DNA of 64,000 bases from Nitrosopumilus sp. (lineage in GTDB: Archaea; Thermoproteota; Nitrososphaeria; Nitrososphaerales; Nitrosopumilaceae): the NCBI GenBank assembly GCA_963667665.2, contig OY763927.2:1600001-1664000 (forward strand). Direction: 5' to 3'. The notes under the pieces were generated by a model. It saw only the letters and a program-made list of their open reading frames with translations. It was not told where the DNA came from and did no database searches. Positions 1-10,384 of this stretch are shown piece by piece (position 1 is the first letter of the stretch; each line of letters starts with the position of its first letter). The position numbers and the translations under genes were made by a program.

Positions 1-594
1 ACTGATCTCTTCTTTTAATGCAAATTTTGTTCCAAATCTATCAAGGTTTGGTGAACCAGGAGGAACATAATCTGGAATAAACTTCGTTACTGAATCTAAA
101 ATACTGCTAAAAAAAGGAACACTCTCTTTACTTCCATGAACTGAAATTCCTATTTTGCCTGATTTTTTGAGGCTGTTTCTCATGTTTTTTAGTGCTTTTT
201 GGGCATTTGGAAAAAAGAACAGAGCATATTGACAAGTAACAATATCAAATTTTTTTGAAAAATAAAATTTTTCTGCATCTACATTAACAAAATCTAAATT
301 TGTTTTTCTTTCATTCCACTTTTTTGCTATTTTAATTGCAGTAATTGAAGTATCAGTACCTATTACATATCCTACATTACCAATTTTTTTTCGAATTTTT
401 TTTGTTACTACACCTGTACCACATGCAATATCTAATACTGTATCACCTTTGGTAATGTTTACTAATTCTATTAATTTTGCAGTACTTTGAAATGGTCCTA
501 TACTTACACTAGCCCATCTTTTATGATAACGTGGAGCAACCTCATTCCAAATTTTCATGTTTCTTTGTTTGTATTCAGAATGGATGAGTTTCAT
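1..594 (-). CDS. class I SAM-dependent methyltransferase (UbiE/type 11-like), 3' end runs off window
   Basis: Hand translation MKLIHSEYKQRNMKIWNEVAPRYHKRWA...GDTVLDIACGTGVV contains SAM motif I (LDIACGTG); not in ORF track because truncated. Confidence 0.85.
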   Translation of the reverse strand, partial: MKLIHSEYKQRNMKIWNEVAPRYHKRWASVSIGPFQSTAKLIELVNITKGDTVLDIACGTGVVTKKIRKKIGNVGYVIGTDTSITAIKIAKKWNERKTNLDFVNVDAEKFYFSKKFDIVTCQYALFFFPNAQKALKNMRNSLKKSGKIGISVHGSKESVPFFSSILDSVTKFIPDYVPPGSPNLDRFGTKFALKEEIS

Positions 595-623
595 TTGTAG
601 AATCACTTGAATTATGATGTATT

Positions 624-792
624 TTATGTAATCTCTTTAAGATCAGATTTTAGCATTCTACCAGTTTCATGATAGTATCTATGTTCAATTTGACCCAATT
701 TTTCTTGTAATTTTTTATCCTTTATTTTTTTTTAATTTTAATTCAATTTTTTTATATTCTGCAACTAATCTTCGAAGTTCTGATTTTTTCAT
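624..792 (-). pseudogene. small basic hypothetical protein (~55 aa) with a one-base frameshift in an A9 run (or sequencing error)
   Basis: ATG overlaps coaBC stop (ATGA). MKKSELRRLVAEYKKIELKLKK then stops early; removing one A gives IKDKKLQEKLGQIEHRYYHETGRMLKSDLKEIT*. Span 169 nt = 3n+1. Confidence 0.6.
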
Positions 793-2045
793 TTTATTTT
801 TAATTCAATTTGTTTTTTGATAAATTTTGCAATTTTTTGTTTTTTCATCCATCCAGAAACAACAACTTTCTTTGAATCTACAATTATTACCTGATTATTT
901 TGAGGATTTTTCTTGTATCTTAATGAACCAATATCGTTTGCTACTATCATGTCTGATGATGATTCTTTTAATTTTTTTTGAGCAGATTTTATTAATTGAT
1001 TTTTTGTGAGATTTGTTTCTGCCTTAAAACCTACAAGTAGTACATTTTTTTGATATTTTTTGATTTGATCTATAATTTTTGGTGCTTTTTTAAGGCTAAT
1101 TTTTATCTCATTTTTTGAACTTTTGATTTTATTCTTGCTGGGATTTATTGGGATATAATCTGCAATGGCTGCAGTCATTATTACAATATCAAATTTTTTC
1201 TTTAATTCTGTTTTAACAGCACTATGCATTTCTTTACTAGATAAGACATTGATTATCTTTGCACCCTTTGGTGGTTTTTCTTCTCCAGGACCATAAACAA
1301 AAGTAACTTTAGCTCCTGCAGAAATTAATTCAGATGCTAAACTAACTCCTGTTTTTCCTGAACTTTGATTTGTAATTACTCGTACAGGATCAATGTGTTC
1401 GATTGTTGGACCTGCAGTCAATAACACTTTTTTATTCTTTAATACTGATGAGAATCCAAATTTCTTTAAGACAAATTCTAACACATCTTCTGGTTCAGAA
1501 GCTTTTGCTTTTCCTTCAATCATTTGTGGTGCAAGAAATTCAATTTTATTTTTTAGAAATTCTATGTTCTTTTTTACAGCTGAATTATCATACATTGATT
1601 CATGCATAGCCAAACACATCAAGATTGGAATTTTTGATCCAAATCCTACAGTAAGTACAGTAGAAATTGGTGTATCATCAATTCCATTTGCTAATTTTCC
1701 TAATGTATTTGCAGTTGCAGGATATACTATTACTAGATCTGATTGATTATAATCTGCTAATCTAATATGTTCAAGTTCACCTGTAAGTTTTGTAATGACT
1801 TTATTTCCTGTAGCCCATTTGAAATAGTCAGGTTGTATTAATTTTGTAGCTGCATTACTTGCAACACAAGTAACATCTGCTCCATGTCTCATAAGTAATC
1901 TTGCAAGTTCTATTGCTTTGTATGCTGCAACACTTCCTGCAACACACAATACAACTCTTTTTCCAGATAATTCTACACCATGAGAACTAACAATATCTAA
2001 AGATGGGTGATCTTTTTTCTTTTTTTTAACTACCAATTTGTTCAC
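789..2045 (-). CDS. coaBC: bifunctional phosphopantothenoylcysteine decarboxylase / phosphopantothenate-cysteine ligase
   Basis: GSVAAYKA, PATANTLGKLANGIDD, TAGPTIEHIDPVRVITNQSSGKTG, VGFKAET motifs; true start may be a few codons downstream. Confidence 0.96.
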   Translation of the reverse strand: MNKLVVKKKKKDHPSLDIVSSHGVELSGKRVVLCVAGSVAAYKAIELARLLMRHGADVTCVASNAATKLIQPDYFKWATGNKVITKLTGELEHIRLADYNQSDLVIVYPATANTLGKLANGIDDTPISTVLTVGFGSKIPILMCLAMHESMYDNSAVKKNIEFLKNKIEFLAPQMIEGKAKASEPEDVLEFVLKKFGFSSVLKNKKVLLTAGPTIEHIDPVRVITNQSSGKTGVSLASELISAGAKVTFVYGPGEEKPPKGAKIINVLSSKEMHSAVKTELKKKFDIVIMTAAIADYIPINPSKNKIKSSKNEIKISLKKAPKIIDQIKKYQKNVLLVGFKAETNLTKNQLIKSAQKKLKESSSDMIVANDIGSLRYKKNPQNNQVIIVDSKKVVVSGWMKKQKIAKFIKKQIELKIK

Positions 2046-2865
2046 GTAATTTTTTTAGTTCATCATCATTCATTGAGAACCAGTTTTCTTTTGCAGGAAA
2101 CACGCCTGATTCTACATCTTTTTTGTAATTCTCAAGAGATTTCACAATATCTTCTGATAAATTCATGTATCTTTTTGCAAACTTTGGTTTTATCTTATCA
2201 TACATTCCTAGTAAATCTTGAACAACTAGTACTTGTCCATCACAATTTACTCCTGAACCAATTCCTATTGTGGGAATACTAACAGTTTCAGAAATAATCT
2301 CTGCAACTTCATGACTAACCATTTCTAATGCAATACTAAACACACCTGCTTCTTCAAGCTCTTTTGCATCCTCGATTAATCTCATTGCTGTATCTTTTGT
2401 TTTTCCTTGTACTTTGTATCCTTGTGAAAGCATTGTTGTTTGAGGTTGTAATCCAATATGACCCATTACTGGAATTCCAACATCAACAATAGCATTAATT
2501 GTCTCAGCCATAATTGAACCACCTTCAAGTTTTACTGCATCAGCTCCTGCTTTGATTAGTCTACCAGAATTATTTATTGCATCTTCTATACTTGCTTGGT
2601 ATGACATGAATGGTAAATCAGATACTAGTAACGAATTTTCTCTTGCTCTACTTACTGCTTCTGTAAACATACACATTTGATCCATTGTTACAGGAATTGT
2701 GTTTTCATAACCAAGCATTACCATTCCTGCACTATCACCAACTAATAGTACATCAATTCCTGATTTATCACAAAGAGAAGCCAGAGTGTAATCATAACTT
2801 GTAATTACTGAAATTTTCTTTTTTTCTTTTTTCATATTTAGAATATCTAATACTGTCTTATGCAA
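2026..2865 (-). CDS. panB: 3-methyl-2-oxobutanoate hydroxymethyltransferase
   Basis: LLVGDSAGMVMLGY, DLPFMSY, AVKLEGG, GHIGLQPQ, IGIGSGVNCDGQVLV. Confidence 0.97.
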   Translation of the reverse strand: MHKTVLDILNMKKEKKKISVITSYDYTLASLCDKSGIDVLLVGDSAGMVMLGYENTIPVTMDQMCMFTEAVSRARENSLLVSDLPFMSYQASIEDAINNSGRLIKAGADAVKLEGGSIMAETINAIVDVGIPVMGHIGLQPQTTMLSQGYKVQGKTKDTAMRLIEDAKELEEAGVFSIALEMVSHEVAEIISETVSIPTIGIGSGVNCDGQVLVVQDLLGMYDKIKPKFAKRYMNLSEDIVKSLENYKKDVESGVFPAKENWFSMNDDELKKLREQIGS

Positions 2866-3622
2866 TTCTAGCTCTCCTTGTAAGATTATTTTTTATTTGA
2901 ATGACATTTTCTGTAAGATTTTTTTTGTTATCAAAATCATTAACAATTTTTTGAAGTATTTTTTGATTCTTTTTAGATAGTTTTTTGGATTCGTTAATTA
3001 ACAAATCAATTGCTCGTGTAACATTATCAACTATTGTAATATTTGCTGTCTGTGAAGTTCTAGAAAGAGGATTTAGATCAAATGTTATAACAGTTTTTCC
3101 CGCATTTCTGAGAGCCATTGTTCTATCTCCATCTTCTAGAGGTACAACAATAACATCAGCTGCAAAAATTCCATTTTTGTCTACAATTCTTCTAGCTGAA
3201 TCAATTCCTGATAGTTTTACAGATGAAGATTTACTTGTACCTAAAATCTCTCTTGCACCATTCTTTTTGAGCGTCTTAATTATTGCCTGTTTTCTTTTTT
3301 GATTAGCATAAAACAAATTTACTTCAAGTTTTGCTTTGATCTGTTTTGATAGTCTTACGATTTGTTTGGGACATAATGCTGCTATATTCCCATTAACTGA
3401 GATTACAGGTAAATCTGCCAAAAGAAGTTGTGCAGCTGCAGCCTTGATGGCTTGCTTTGCAGCCTTGCCTGTTTTTTCTCCAAGTAGATAATCAAAAGCT
3501 TCTCCTCTTCCTTGAGCCAAAAGTCCTTCTTTTGCAACTAATCCCTTGTCAAATCCTTTTACTAGTTTTTCACGAATTAAAAGTGATTTAGCTCTTGGAT
3601 GTGACTTGGGAATTAAAGACAT
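2858..3622 (-). CDS. archaeal 4-phosphopantoate--beta-alanine ligase (phosphopantothenate synthetase)
   Basis: IPKSHPR, GRGEAFDYLLGEKT, SVNGN, VPLEDGDRT, DLNPLSRT; located in CoA operon. Confidence 0.93.
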   Translation of the reverse strand: MSLIPKSHPRAKSLLIREKLVKGFDKGLVAKEGLLAQGRGEAFDYLLGEKTGKAAKQAIKAAAAQLLLADLPVISVNGNIAALCPKQIVRLSKQIKAKLEVNLFYANQKRKQAIIKTLKKNGAREILGTSKSSSVKLSGIDSARRIVDKNGIFAADVIVVPLEDGDRTMALRNAGKTVITFDLNPLSRTSQTANITIVDNVTRAIDLLINESKKLSKKNQKILQKIVNDFDNKKNLTENVIQIKNNLTRRARIA

Positions 3623-3632
3623 GTAATTTCAA

Positions 3633-4544
3633 TTAATTATTAAGAATTCTAGTTCCAACATTATCTAATTCTGATTTTATTATTATCCCATCAGAATATT
3701 TTTGTAAAATCTCTAAAACCTTATTTTCATCTTCTTTTGGAATCATTGAAAAAACTGTCTCTCCAAAAAATGCAACTCCACATTTAATATTATTTTTAGA
3801 TAACTCATTAACTAATTTTTGCATTCTTGGAGTTATAACATCTACAAATTTTGCAAATTCTAAAGACATGTCTTGAAAATGTTCATAATTTTTTGATTCT
3901 AATAATCTGTTTACCATTTTACCACCAAGACCATTAATTTGAGATAAGCGTTCTTTGATGAATTTATTTGTAGAAATTGGAGAAAAACATATCATAATTA
4001 CAGATATTTTATCTGTAAAGATTTTCTCAACACTACCAATACCTGGGGCCCCCGGTTTTACACGAATTTCAAAACCTCCATGAAATGATGCTAAAACATC
4101 ACCTAATCCAGTTTTACAATTAACTTCTGCATTATGTGCAATTTGTCCAATTATTGTTTTATCTAATTTTGTTTCAAGAGCTTGATCTAATGCAAATGAT
4201 AGTGATAATGCAACTGCACCACTAGAACCTAAACCATATCCAACTGGAATTGATATCTCATGTTCAATATCAAAAAACTTGTTTGAAAATTTTCCAAGCT
4301 TTAAGAATTCATTTAATACAAATTCAGAAACATCTGTTTTATCTGATTGATATCCCTTTGTTGTAATTCTAAAGTTTAATTCTTGATTATCTTTTGTATC
4401 TATTTTTACTCTTGTAGTAACTCCTTGTTTAATTGAAAATCCAGCTCCAGTTGATCCAAAATTTTCTAAAGAATTTTGATTTTCATCTAAATGTGCTTTG
4501 AAAAAGCCCGTGATATGAGCAGGACAAAATGCCTTAGCCTTCAT
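3633..4544 (-). CDS. pantoate kinase (GHMP kinase family)
   Basis: AFCPAHITGFF, PVGYGLGSSGA GHMP motif, TGLGDV; first gene of CoA operon. Confidence 0.9.
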   Translation of the reverse strand: MKAKAFCPAHITGFFKAHLDENQNSLENFGSTGAGFSIKQGVTTRVKIDTKDNQELNFRITTKGYQSDKTDVSEFVLNEFLKLGKFSNKFFDIEHEISIPVGYGLGSSGAVALSLSFALDQALETKLDKTIIGQIAHNAEVNCKTGLGDVLASFHGGFEIRVKPGAPGIGSVEKIFTDKISVIMICFSPISTNKFIKERLSQINGLGGKMVNRLLESKNYEHFQDMSLEFAKFVDVITPRMQKLVNELSKNNIKCGVAFFGETVFSMIPKEDENKVLEILQKYSDGIIIKSELDNVGTRILNN

Positions 4545-4609
4545 TGATCTTAGTTTAAATTTTACACAAAATATAAGAATATGGCTTAAATTAATTAAAT
4601 TAGTATAAA

Positions 4610-5590
4610 TTGACTAAATTTGTTCGACGCCTACAAAAAATTGGAAGTAGCATCTTGGTATCACTACCAAAAGAGTGGGTTGATGCAAATAATCTTGAAA
4701 AAGGTAATCAAGTAGAGATTGAAACCGGACAAGACAGTATTTCAATATCTGTAAACAAGGAGATGCGCCCAACAAAAGAACTTGTAATTTCCTACCCATT
4801 ACCTAAAGAAGAAAATATTGTAGCAAACATTACTGGAGCTTATCTTTTAGGATATGATATCATTCAAATAAATTCAAAATCAATCATTCCAGCGGAAGAC
4901 AGAGAAAAAATTCGTAACTCTATGAGAAAATTAGTAGGAATGGAAATAATTGAGGAAGATGCATCTCATATCAATACACAATTTCTTTTAGATACAATAA
5001 CACTTAATCCAGAAAAAATTCTCAAAAGAATGAGTTCACTTGCTCTTGGTATGTATGATGATACATCAAATGGATTAATTTCAGATGACAAGTCAAATTT
5101 ACAAACATTATCAAAACGTGATGTTGAAGTAAATAGACAGTATTTCTTACTTGTCCGTCTAATTCGCAGCACTCTTGTTGATAAGAGATTAGCTAATGCA
5201 TTTAATTTAGAAAATATTGATATTATTGATTATAGAGTTGCAGCAAATCTTCTTGAAAATGCAGGTGATTCAATTGTTGAACTTTCAAATTCTATTTATA
5301 ATTCATCTTTATCAAAAGAACATTCAAAAAAAATCTTTGATGTGGTTAAAGATTTTAGTAGACTTGCAGAAAAATCCATTAATGCATTCACTAAACCTGA
5401 TAGACTTTTAGCTATTGAAGCAATATCATTACATAAAAAATACGAAGAAAAACTTAGTAAACTAAGAATTACGTTAGGTAATAAAAAACAAATTCCAATA
5501 GAGTTTCTTGATTTGGTGTATATGTTTGAAAAAATAGCACAATCTTGGGCTGATGTAGCAGATCTTGTACAACCTATCTACAATGAATAA
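4610..5590 (+). CDS. AbrB-N-terminal PhoU-family phosphate uptake regulator
   Basis: RRLQKIGSSILVSLPKEWV (SpoVT/AbrB), PhoU repeats RDVEVNRQYFLLVR and LENAGD. Confidence 0.88.
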   Translation: MTKFVRRLQKIGSSILVSLPKEWVDANNLEKGNQVEIETGQDSISISVNKEMRPTKELVISYPLPKEENIVANITGAYLLGYDIIQINSKSIIPAEDREKIRNSMRKLVGMEIIEEDASHINTQFLLDTITLNPEKILKRMSSLALGMYDDTSNGLISDDKSNLQTLSKRDVEVNRQYFLLVRLIRSTLVDKRLANAFNLENIDIIDYRVAANLLENAGDSIVELSNSIYNSSLSKEHSKKIFDVVKDFSRLAEKSINAFTKPDRLLAIEAISLHKKYEEKLSKLRITLGNKKQIPIEFLDLVYMFEKIAQSWADVADLVQPIYNE

Positions 5591-6106
5591 TTAGTATAGT
5601 TTCTTTTTTGCAGCATAAGTCAATACTGCACAAATTGTTTTTGAATCTTCAATTTTTCCAGATTTTATCATTCTAAGCAATTTTTGCATATCAATTTTCA
5701 CTACTGATAGTATCTCATCATCATCTAGTTTCAAATCAGCAATTTTCTTTAATCCTGAGGCTACAAAACAGTGAATTTTCTCAGCATTATAGCCAATTGA
5801 TGGATAATAGGTAATTAGTGGAGTCATCTTTTTTGCTCTATATCCAGTCTCTTCTTCCAATTCTCTGAATGCACATTTTATTGGTGCTTCTCTTTTTTCT
5901 AACGTTCCAGCAGGAATCTCTAAAACATATCCATGAGGAAATCTGTGTTGTTTAACAAGAATTACTTTATTTTTTTCATCAAAAGCAAGCATTGCAGCAG
6001 CTCCTCTATGTTCTATCATTTCACGTTTTACTTTTCTTCCCTCTATTTTTCCTTCATAAACACTAAGACCTAAAATTTTTCCCTCATAGATTTTCTTTTT
6101 CTTCAT
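5591..6106 (-). CDS. NUDIX hydrolase (ADP-ribose pyrophosphatase-like)
   Basis: Nudix box EIPAGTLE..EAPIKCAFRELEEETGY. Confidence 0.92.
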   Translation of the reverse strand: MKKKKIYEGKILGLSVYEGKIEGRKVKREMIEHRGAAAMLAFDEKNKVILVKQHRFPHGYVLEIPAGTLEKREAPIKCAFRELEEETGYRAKKMTPLITYYPSIGYNAEKIHCFVASGLKKIADLKLDDDEILSVVKIDMQKLLRMIKSGKIEDSKTICAVLTYAAKKKLY

Positions 6107-6131
6107 TAGAATTCATAGAAATTGTTATTAT

Positions 6132-7034
6132 TTAATTTGTTTGATATGTTAAATGTAATTTAGATGATTTTTTAAAATCATTTATGGCCTTTTCTAACCA
6201 TTTGGAATAAAATGAGATTTTTTTTGGAATGAATAAATCAGCTGATTTTACATTTTTAATAGTTCTTACTTTTTGAGTTAGTTCATCCATCTTGAATATA
6301 TTATCACTGTACATAAACAAGACAATTTGATTTTTTGCAATAAAAGGAATTTGTAAATATGATTCAGAAAAAGTGTTATTCATATTTTCTAATGTTTCTT
6401 TAAGATTACCTTCTATCCAAGTAAGAATTACATGAGGAATAAAATTTTCAATTTTTCTTGAATCATAAACTAGTGTAAATTGAATCCCGTCGTTTTCTTG
6501 TAATTTTTCAATACATCTTGTTATTGTTTTTGTTGACAAATTTGTATTCTTTGCAATATTTTCAATTTTCTGTCTAGGATCTTTAATCAATTTTTCAAGT
6601 ATTTCTAAATCTGTTTTTGTAAGATTTGAACTAAATCCAGGATTCTCTGCTTCAAAAATTGATAGTACTCTAAGATCCTTCATCAATTTACTTGCAAGTT
6701 CAACTTTTTGTTTCACATTTTCTTTTATTACAATACCGCAAACTGTAATTCCACCTATACACGGTACTACAAAATATGGTTCACCTACAAGACTTACCTG
6801 TTCTAAAATCTCATTGATATTTTCACCTGATACAACAAAGTACAAAACACCATAACCCAATACTGGTGGTTCGACTTTGATGAAAAATTCTCCAATTATT
6901 CCTCTTTTTTCCATTTTTTGAATTCTTGCTCGTACTGCTCCACCAGATATTCCTAATTCCATGCCTAGTTGCCTATCCGACTCTCTACAGTTATTCAAAA
7001 GTCTGCCTAGAATTTTCATATCTAAATTGTCCAT
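6132..7034 (-). CDS. Lrp/AsnC-family transcriptional regulator with two HTH modules
   Basis: MDNLDMKILGRLLNNCRES...GISGGAVRARI and second LTKTDLEILEKLIKDPRQ HTH. Confidence 0.85.
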   Translation of the reverse strand: MDNLDMKILGRLLNNCRESDRQLGMELGISGGAVRARIQKMEKRGIIGEFFIKVEPPVLGYGVLYFVVSGENINEILEQVSLVGEPYFVVPCIGGITVCGIVIKENVKQKVELASKLMKDLRVLSIFEAENPGFSSNLTKTDLEILEKLIKDPRQKIENIAKNTNLSTKTITRCIEKLQENDGIQFTLVYDSRKIENFIPHVILTWIEGNLKETLENMNNTFSESYLQIPFIAKNQIVLFMYSDNIFKMDELTQKVRTIKNVKSADLFIPKKISFYSKWLEKAINDFKKSSKLHLTYQTN

Positions 7035-7142
7035 TTTATCACCTAAAACAACACCATTGAATATAGAAATAACTTATTTAATATAAAATTGTCTATAATA
7101 TCATTACTATACTTCTAATACATTAAATATTAGACTATTTTA

Positions 7143-8339
7143 TTGTCTTTGTTGGATTATAGATTGAGATTAGCAAAAAGAATGCTTTTCAACAAAAGAG
7201 GTAGTTTGATTGGTGCAGTTTTAGCTGTAACCATTGGAATTTTGGTAATTCATGTAAATTTTGTAATATTTCAAGGACTGTTTGATGCTATAGTTAGAGA
7301 TATCAGCGATTACAGAAATGGTGATGTTCTTGTAACTGATGAAGCTGATTATATCGATAAATCAGATTTATCACTTGTTAATTGGTTTGAAAGAATTCCA
7401 TATGTTGAAGCGGCAACGCCGCGGCTTTCATCGACTGCCGAAATGAATATGACAAAAAATGGAAAACGAATTGAAGAAACTCGAGTGCCAATAGTTGGAG
7501 TTGATCCGTTTCGTGATATTAGAGCATCAACTGTACATGAAACTATTTCAGATGGAATCTATGTCTTCTCAAGAAATTCTATTGTACTCGGTGCAAATGT
7601 AGCAAGAGATCTTGGAGGAGCTCAAGTGGGGGATAGTGTTAAAGTTCTTGTAGTTGATAGATACGGAGAAGATCAAATTCGCAGGTTTACTGTTTCTGGA
7701 ATTGCAAATTCACCTGGTGGTCAAGGATTTGATTATACAGCTGTTGTACATATTGATACTTTACGTGATATGATGAGTAGATCTGGGGAAACTGGTTCAT
7801 TGATGGTGAAACTAAATGATCCATCCAAAGCATTAGAAGTAAAAGAATTCTTTTTGCGTTCTTTTCCTAATGATGATTTTCTTGCCGAAACCATAGAAGA
7901 ATCAGCAGAACAACAACTTGCTGGTTTTAGATCTGGTATTGCAATGATCAATATAATAGGTTATTTTGGAATGATGTCATCAGCTTTTGCTATTGTTACA
8001 ATTCAGATGATGTTAGTAAATGGAAAAACTAGAGAAATTGGTGTCATGAGATCAATTGGAGCAAAAAGAAAAGATATTCTAATTATTTTCATTTTTCAAG
8101 GAATGATAATTGGAGCAATTGGTGCAGGAGTAGGAACTGCTGCAGGATTAGGCTATACGTTTTATGCAAAGGAATCAAAAATGACATTTAACAACAGTCT
8201 CCCTCTTGAAGTCACCTATAACTGGGAAAAGATCGTACAAACTGCTTTGACCTCATTTGCCTTGGCAATTATTGCATCACTATACCCGTCGTATAGGGCA
8301 ACTAAGCTGTTACCAGTGGAGGCTATGAGAACTGTCTAA
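7143..8339 (+). CDS. MacB/LolE-type ABC transporter permease (FtsX domain)
   Basis: KTREIGVMRSIGAKRKDI, YPSYRATKLLPVEAMR, N-terminal TM plus large extracellular domain. Confidence 0.92.
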   Translation: MSLLDYRLRLAKRMLFNKRGSLIGAVLAVTIGILVIHVNFVIFQGLFDAIVRDISDYRNGDVLVTDEADYIDKSDLSLVNWFERIPYVEAATPRLSSTAEMNMTKNGKRIEETRVPIVGVDPFRDIRASTVHETISDGIYVFSRNSIVLGANVARDLGGAQVGDSVKVLVVDRYGEDQIRRFTVSGIANSPGGQGFDYTAVVHIDTLRDMMSRSGETGSLMVKLNDPSKALEVKEFFLRSFPNDDFLAETIEESAEQQLAGFRSGIAMINIIGYFGMMSSAFAIVTIQMMLVNGKTREIGVMRSIGAKRKDILIIFIFQGMIIGAIGAGVGTAAGLGYTFYAKESKMTFNNSLPLEVTYNWEKIVQTALTSFALAIIASLYPSYRATKLLPVEAMRTV

Positions 8340-9036
8340 AGTACTTGAAATCAAAAACGTAAGTAAGATTTACGGAGAAGGAGAAAATAAAGTAAAAGCT
8401 CTTGATAATGTTTCACTTTCAATTGAACAGGGAGAAGTTGTTTTAATTGTTGGAAGTTCAGGTTCTGGTAAATCAACATTACTTAACATGATTGGATTAT
8501 TAGATCATCCAACAAATGGCCAGATCTTCATTGACGGAATTAACACTACAACATTAAATGACAATAAAATTTCCTCATTTAGAAATAAAAAATTAGGATT
8601 TATTTTCCAATTTTCTAATTTACTTAGTGATCTCTCAGTACTAGAAAATGTATTGTTACCCAAACAAATTTCTGGAATTTATGATATTGCTGAAAAAGAT
8701 GCTAGAAATTTACTAAAAGCAGTTGGACTTGAAGATCAAATGTATAAACGTGCAAACAAGATATCAGGTGGACAAGCTCAAAGAGCAGCAATTGCAAGAG
8801 GCTTAATCAATAAACCATCCATTGTTTTAGCAGATGAACCTACTGGTAATCTTGATTCAGTAACTTCAGAAACAATTGTTCAATTAATGAAATCAATGGC
8901 AAAAAAACTTAATCAAACATTCATTATAGTTACACACGAAAGAGAGATCTTTGGTAATGTTGATAGAGTAATTACAATAAAAGATGGCAAAGCTTTCGAA
9001 GGTGAGCAACCTACAGCAATGGAGGTATTAGTATAA
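8332..9036 (+). CDS. LolD/MacB-type ABC ATP-binding protein; probable CTG start
   Basis: Frame open upstream of track start 8488 and includes Walker A GSSGSGKST; ISGGQAQR and LADEPTGNLD. In-frame TGA at 8326, CTG at 8332, GGAGG at 8318-8322. Confidence 0.9.
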   Translation: MSKVLEIKNVSKIYGEGENKVKALDNVSLSIEQGEVVLIVGSSGSGKSTLLNMIGLLDHPTNGQIFIDGINTTTLNDNKISSFRNKKLGFIFQFSNLLSDLSVLENVLLPKQISGIYDIAEKDARNLLKAVGLEDQMYKRANKISGGQAQRAAIARGLINKPSIVLADEPTGNLDSVTSETIVQLMKSMAKKLNQTFIIVTHEREIFGNVDRVITIKDGKAFEGEQPTAMEVLV

Positions 9037-10340
9037 TGAATCTCAAACTCTTGTTATCATTATCAGTTATTATACTAGCACCATTTATTTTTGATAACTC
9101 ATATGCTCAAATAACATCTGGAGGATTTGGGCAATCTCCGTTTGAAAGAGACTTTGGGGATGTCAAATTTTTAGATGCATACTTTGGTACGTTAAATCAA
9201 AAAATCGAAATAGAAGCAGGAGACGGTAATGTTCCATTTACAGTTGTATTTGCAAATGTAGGAACACAAGATATCACAGGAATTAGAGGTCAACTATCAT
9301 TACCATTTGGTTTCTCTGCATCTGATGGTCCAGGTACAATAATTCATGCTGACAGCGATTCAAATTCGTTAGCAGGGGAAAATTTTCATCTGACTTTTTT
9401 TGTAAGTCTTGATAAAAATGTACAAATTCAACAGTATCCTGGAACTGTAAAGGTTGATTATTCTAGATTAAGAGAATCTGGAGTTAGAACAGCTTTTTCT
9501 GACTTTGATTTCAAAGTGACAGGTGATAGTGTGATAAATGTACGAGCATTAGAGCCATTTCTTACATCTTTAAAATCAAATAATGTAGTAATTGAAATTG
9601 CAAATGATGGAACTGCTCCCATTTCTGGTGTAGATATTGTTGCAAGTAACACACAGACAGAACGTGTATCAACTGCATCATCAACTACTAATATTGAAAA
9701 TGTTGTTATTTTAGAATCAAGTTGGGATATTGGAAACATTGATCCAAAGTCAGCGAGATATCTTACTGCAACAGTATATGTTCCTCAAGGACTAAAAGGT
9801 GATACTTTACGAATTCCTTTAACCATTTCATACTATAATGCACATGGTGATCTACATGAAATTGCAAAGATTGTTGATTTTTACATTAAAGGATTGATTG
9901 ATCTTCGTGTTTTCAATGTAGATGTAATTGAATTATCTGGAACACAAATGGTAATTGGAGAAATCATTAATGAAGGAAACGATGATGGATTATTTGGTTT
10001 TGTAACTATTGATCCTCGTGGAGATTCTAATATTAAATCAAACACTCAATTTATTGATGAAATTGAAACTGATGCACCTGTGCCATTTAATTTACCAATA
10101 GAATTTGATGGTGAAACAAAATATGGAGAACATGACATTACCATTACTGTAAGATACAAAGATAGTGTTAGAGATGAAATATTTCTAACTCACGATGCAA
10201 CAATCTTTGTTAAAGAACCATCAAACGGTAATGAAGACGGTCCTGATACAACAATGATTATTATTCCAATTATTTTGGCTATAGGAGCAGGAATTTACAT
10301 AATGCGTAGGCGTAAAAAAGCAACAATTGAGACAAGTTAG
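9036..10340 (+). CDS. secreted, C-terminally anchored COG1361/S-layer-like Ig-fold protein, partner of the ABC transporter
   Basis: Signal peptide ending SYA-Q, repeated N.G beta-sandwich motifs, C-terminal TM followed by RRRKK. Confidence 0.7.
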   Translation: MNLKLLLSLSVIILAPFIFDNSYAQITSGGFGQSPFERDFGDVKFLDAYFGTLNQKIEIEAGDGNVPFTVVFANVGTQDITGIRGQLSLPFGFSASDGPGTIIHADSDSNSLAGENFHLTFFVSLDKNVQIQQYPGTVKVDYSRLRESGVRTAFSDFDFKVTGDSVINVRALEPFLTSLKSNNVVIEIANDGTAPISGVDIVASNTQTERVSTASSTTNIENVVILESSWDIGNIDPKSARYLTATVYVPQGLKGDTLRIPLTISYYNAHGDLHEIAKIVDFYIKGLIDLRVFNVDVIELSGTQMVIGEIINEGNDDGLFGFVTIDPRGDSNIKSNTQFIDEIETDAPVPFNLPIEFDGETKYGEHDITITVRYKDSVRDEIFLTHDATIFVKEPSNGNEDGPDTTMIIIPIILAIGAGIYIMRRRKKATIETS

Positions 10341-10384
10341 AATTAAATTTTAACTCTATTATGAGAAAATAAGGTCAATTAAAA

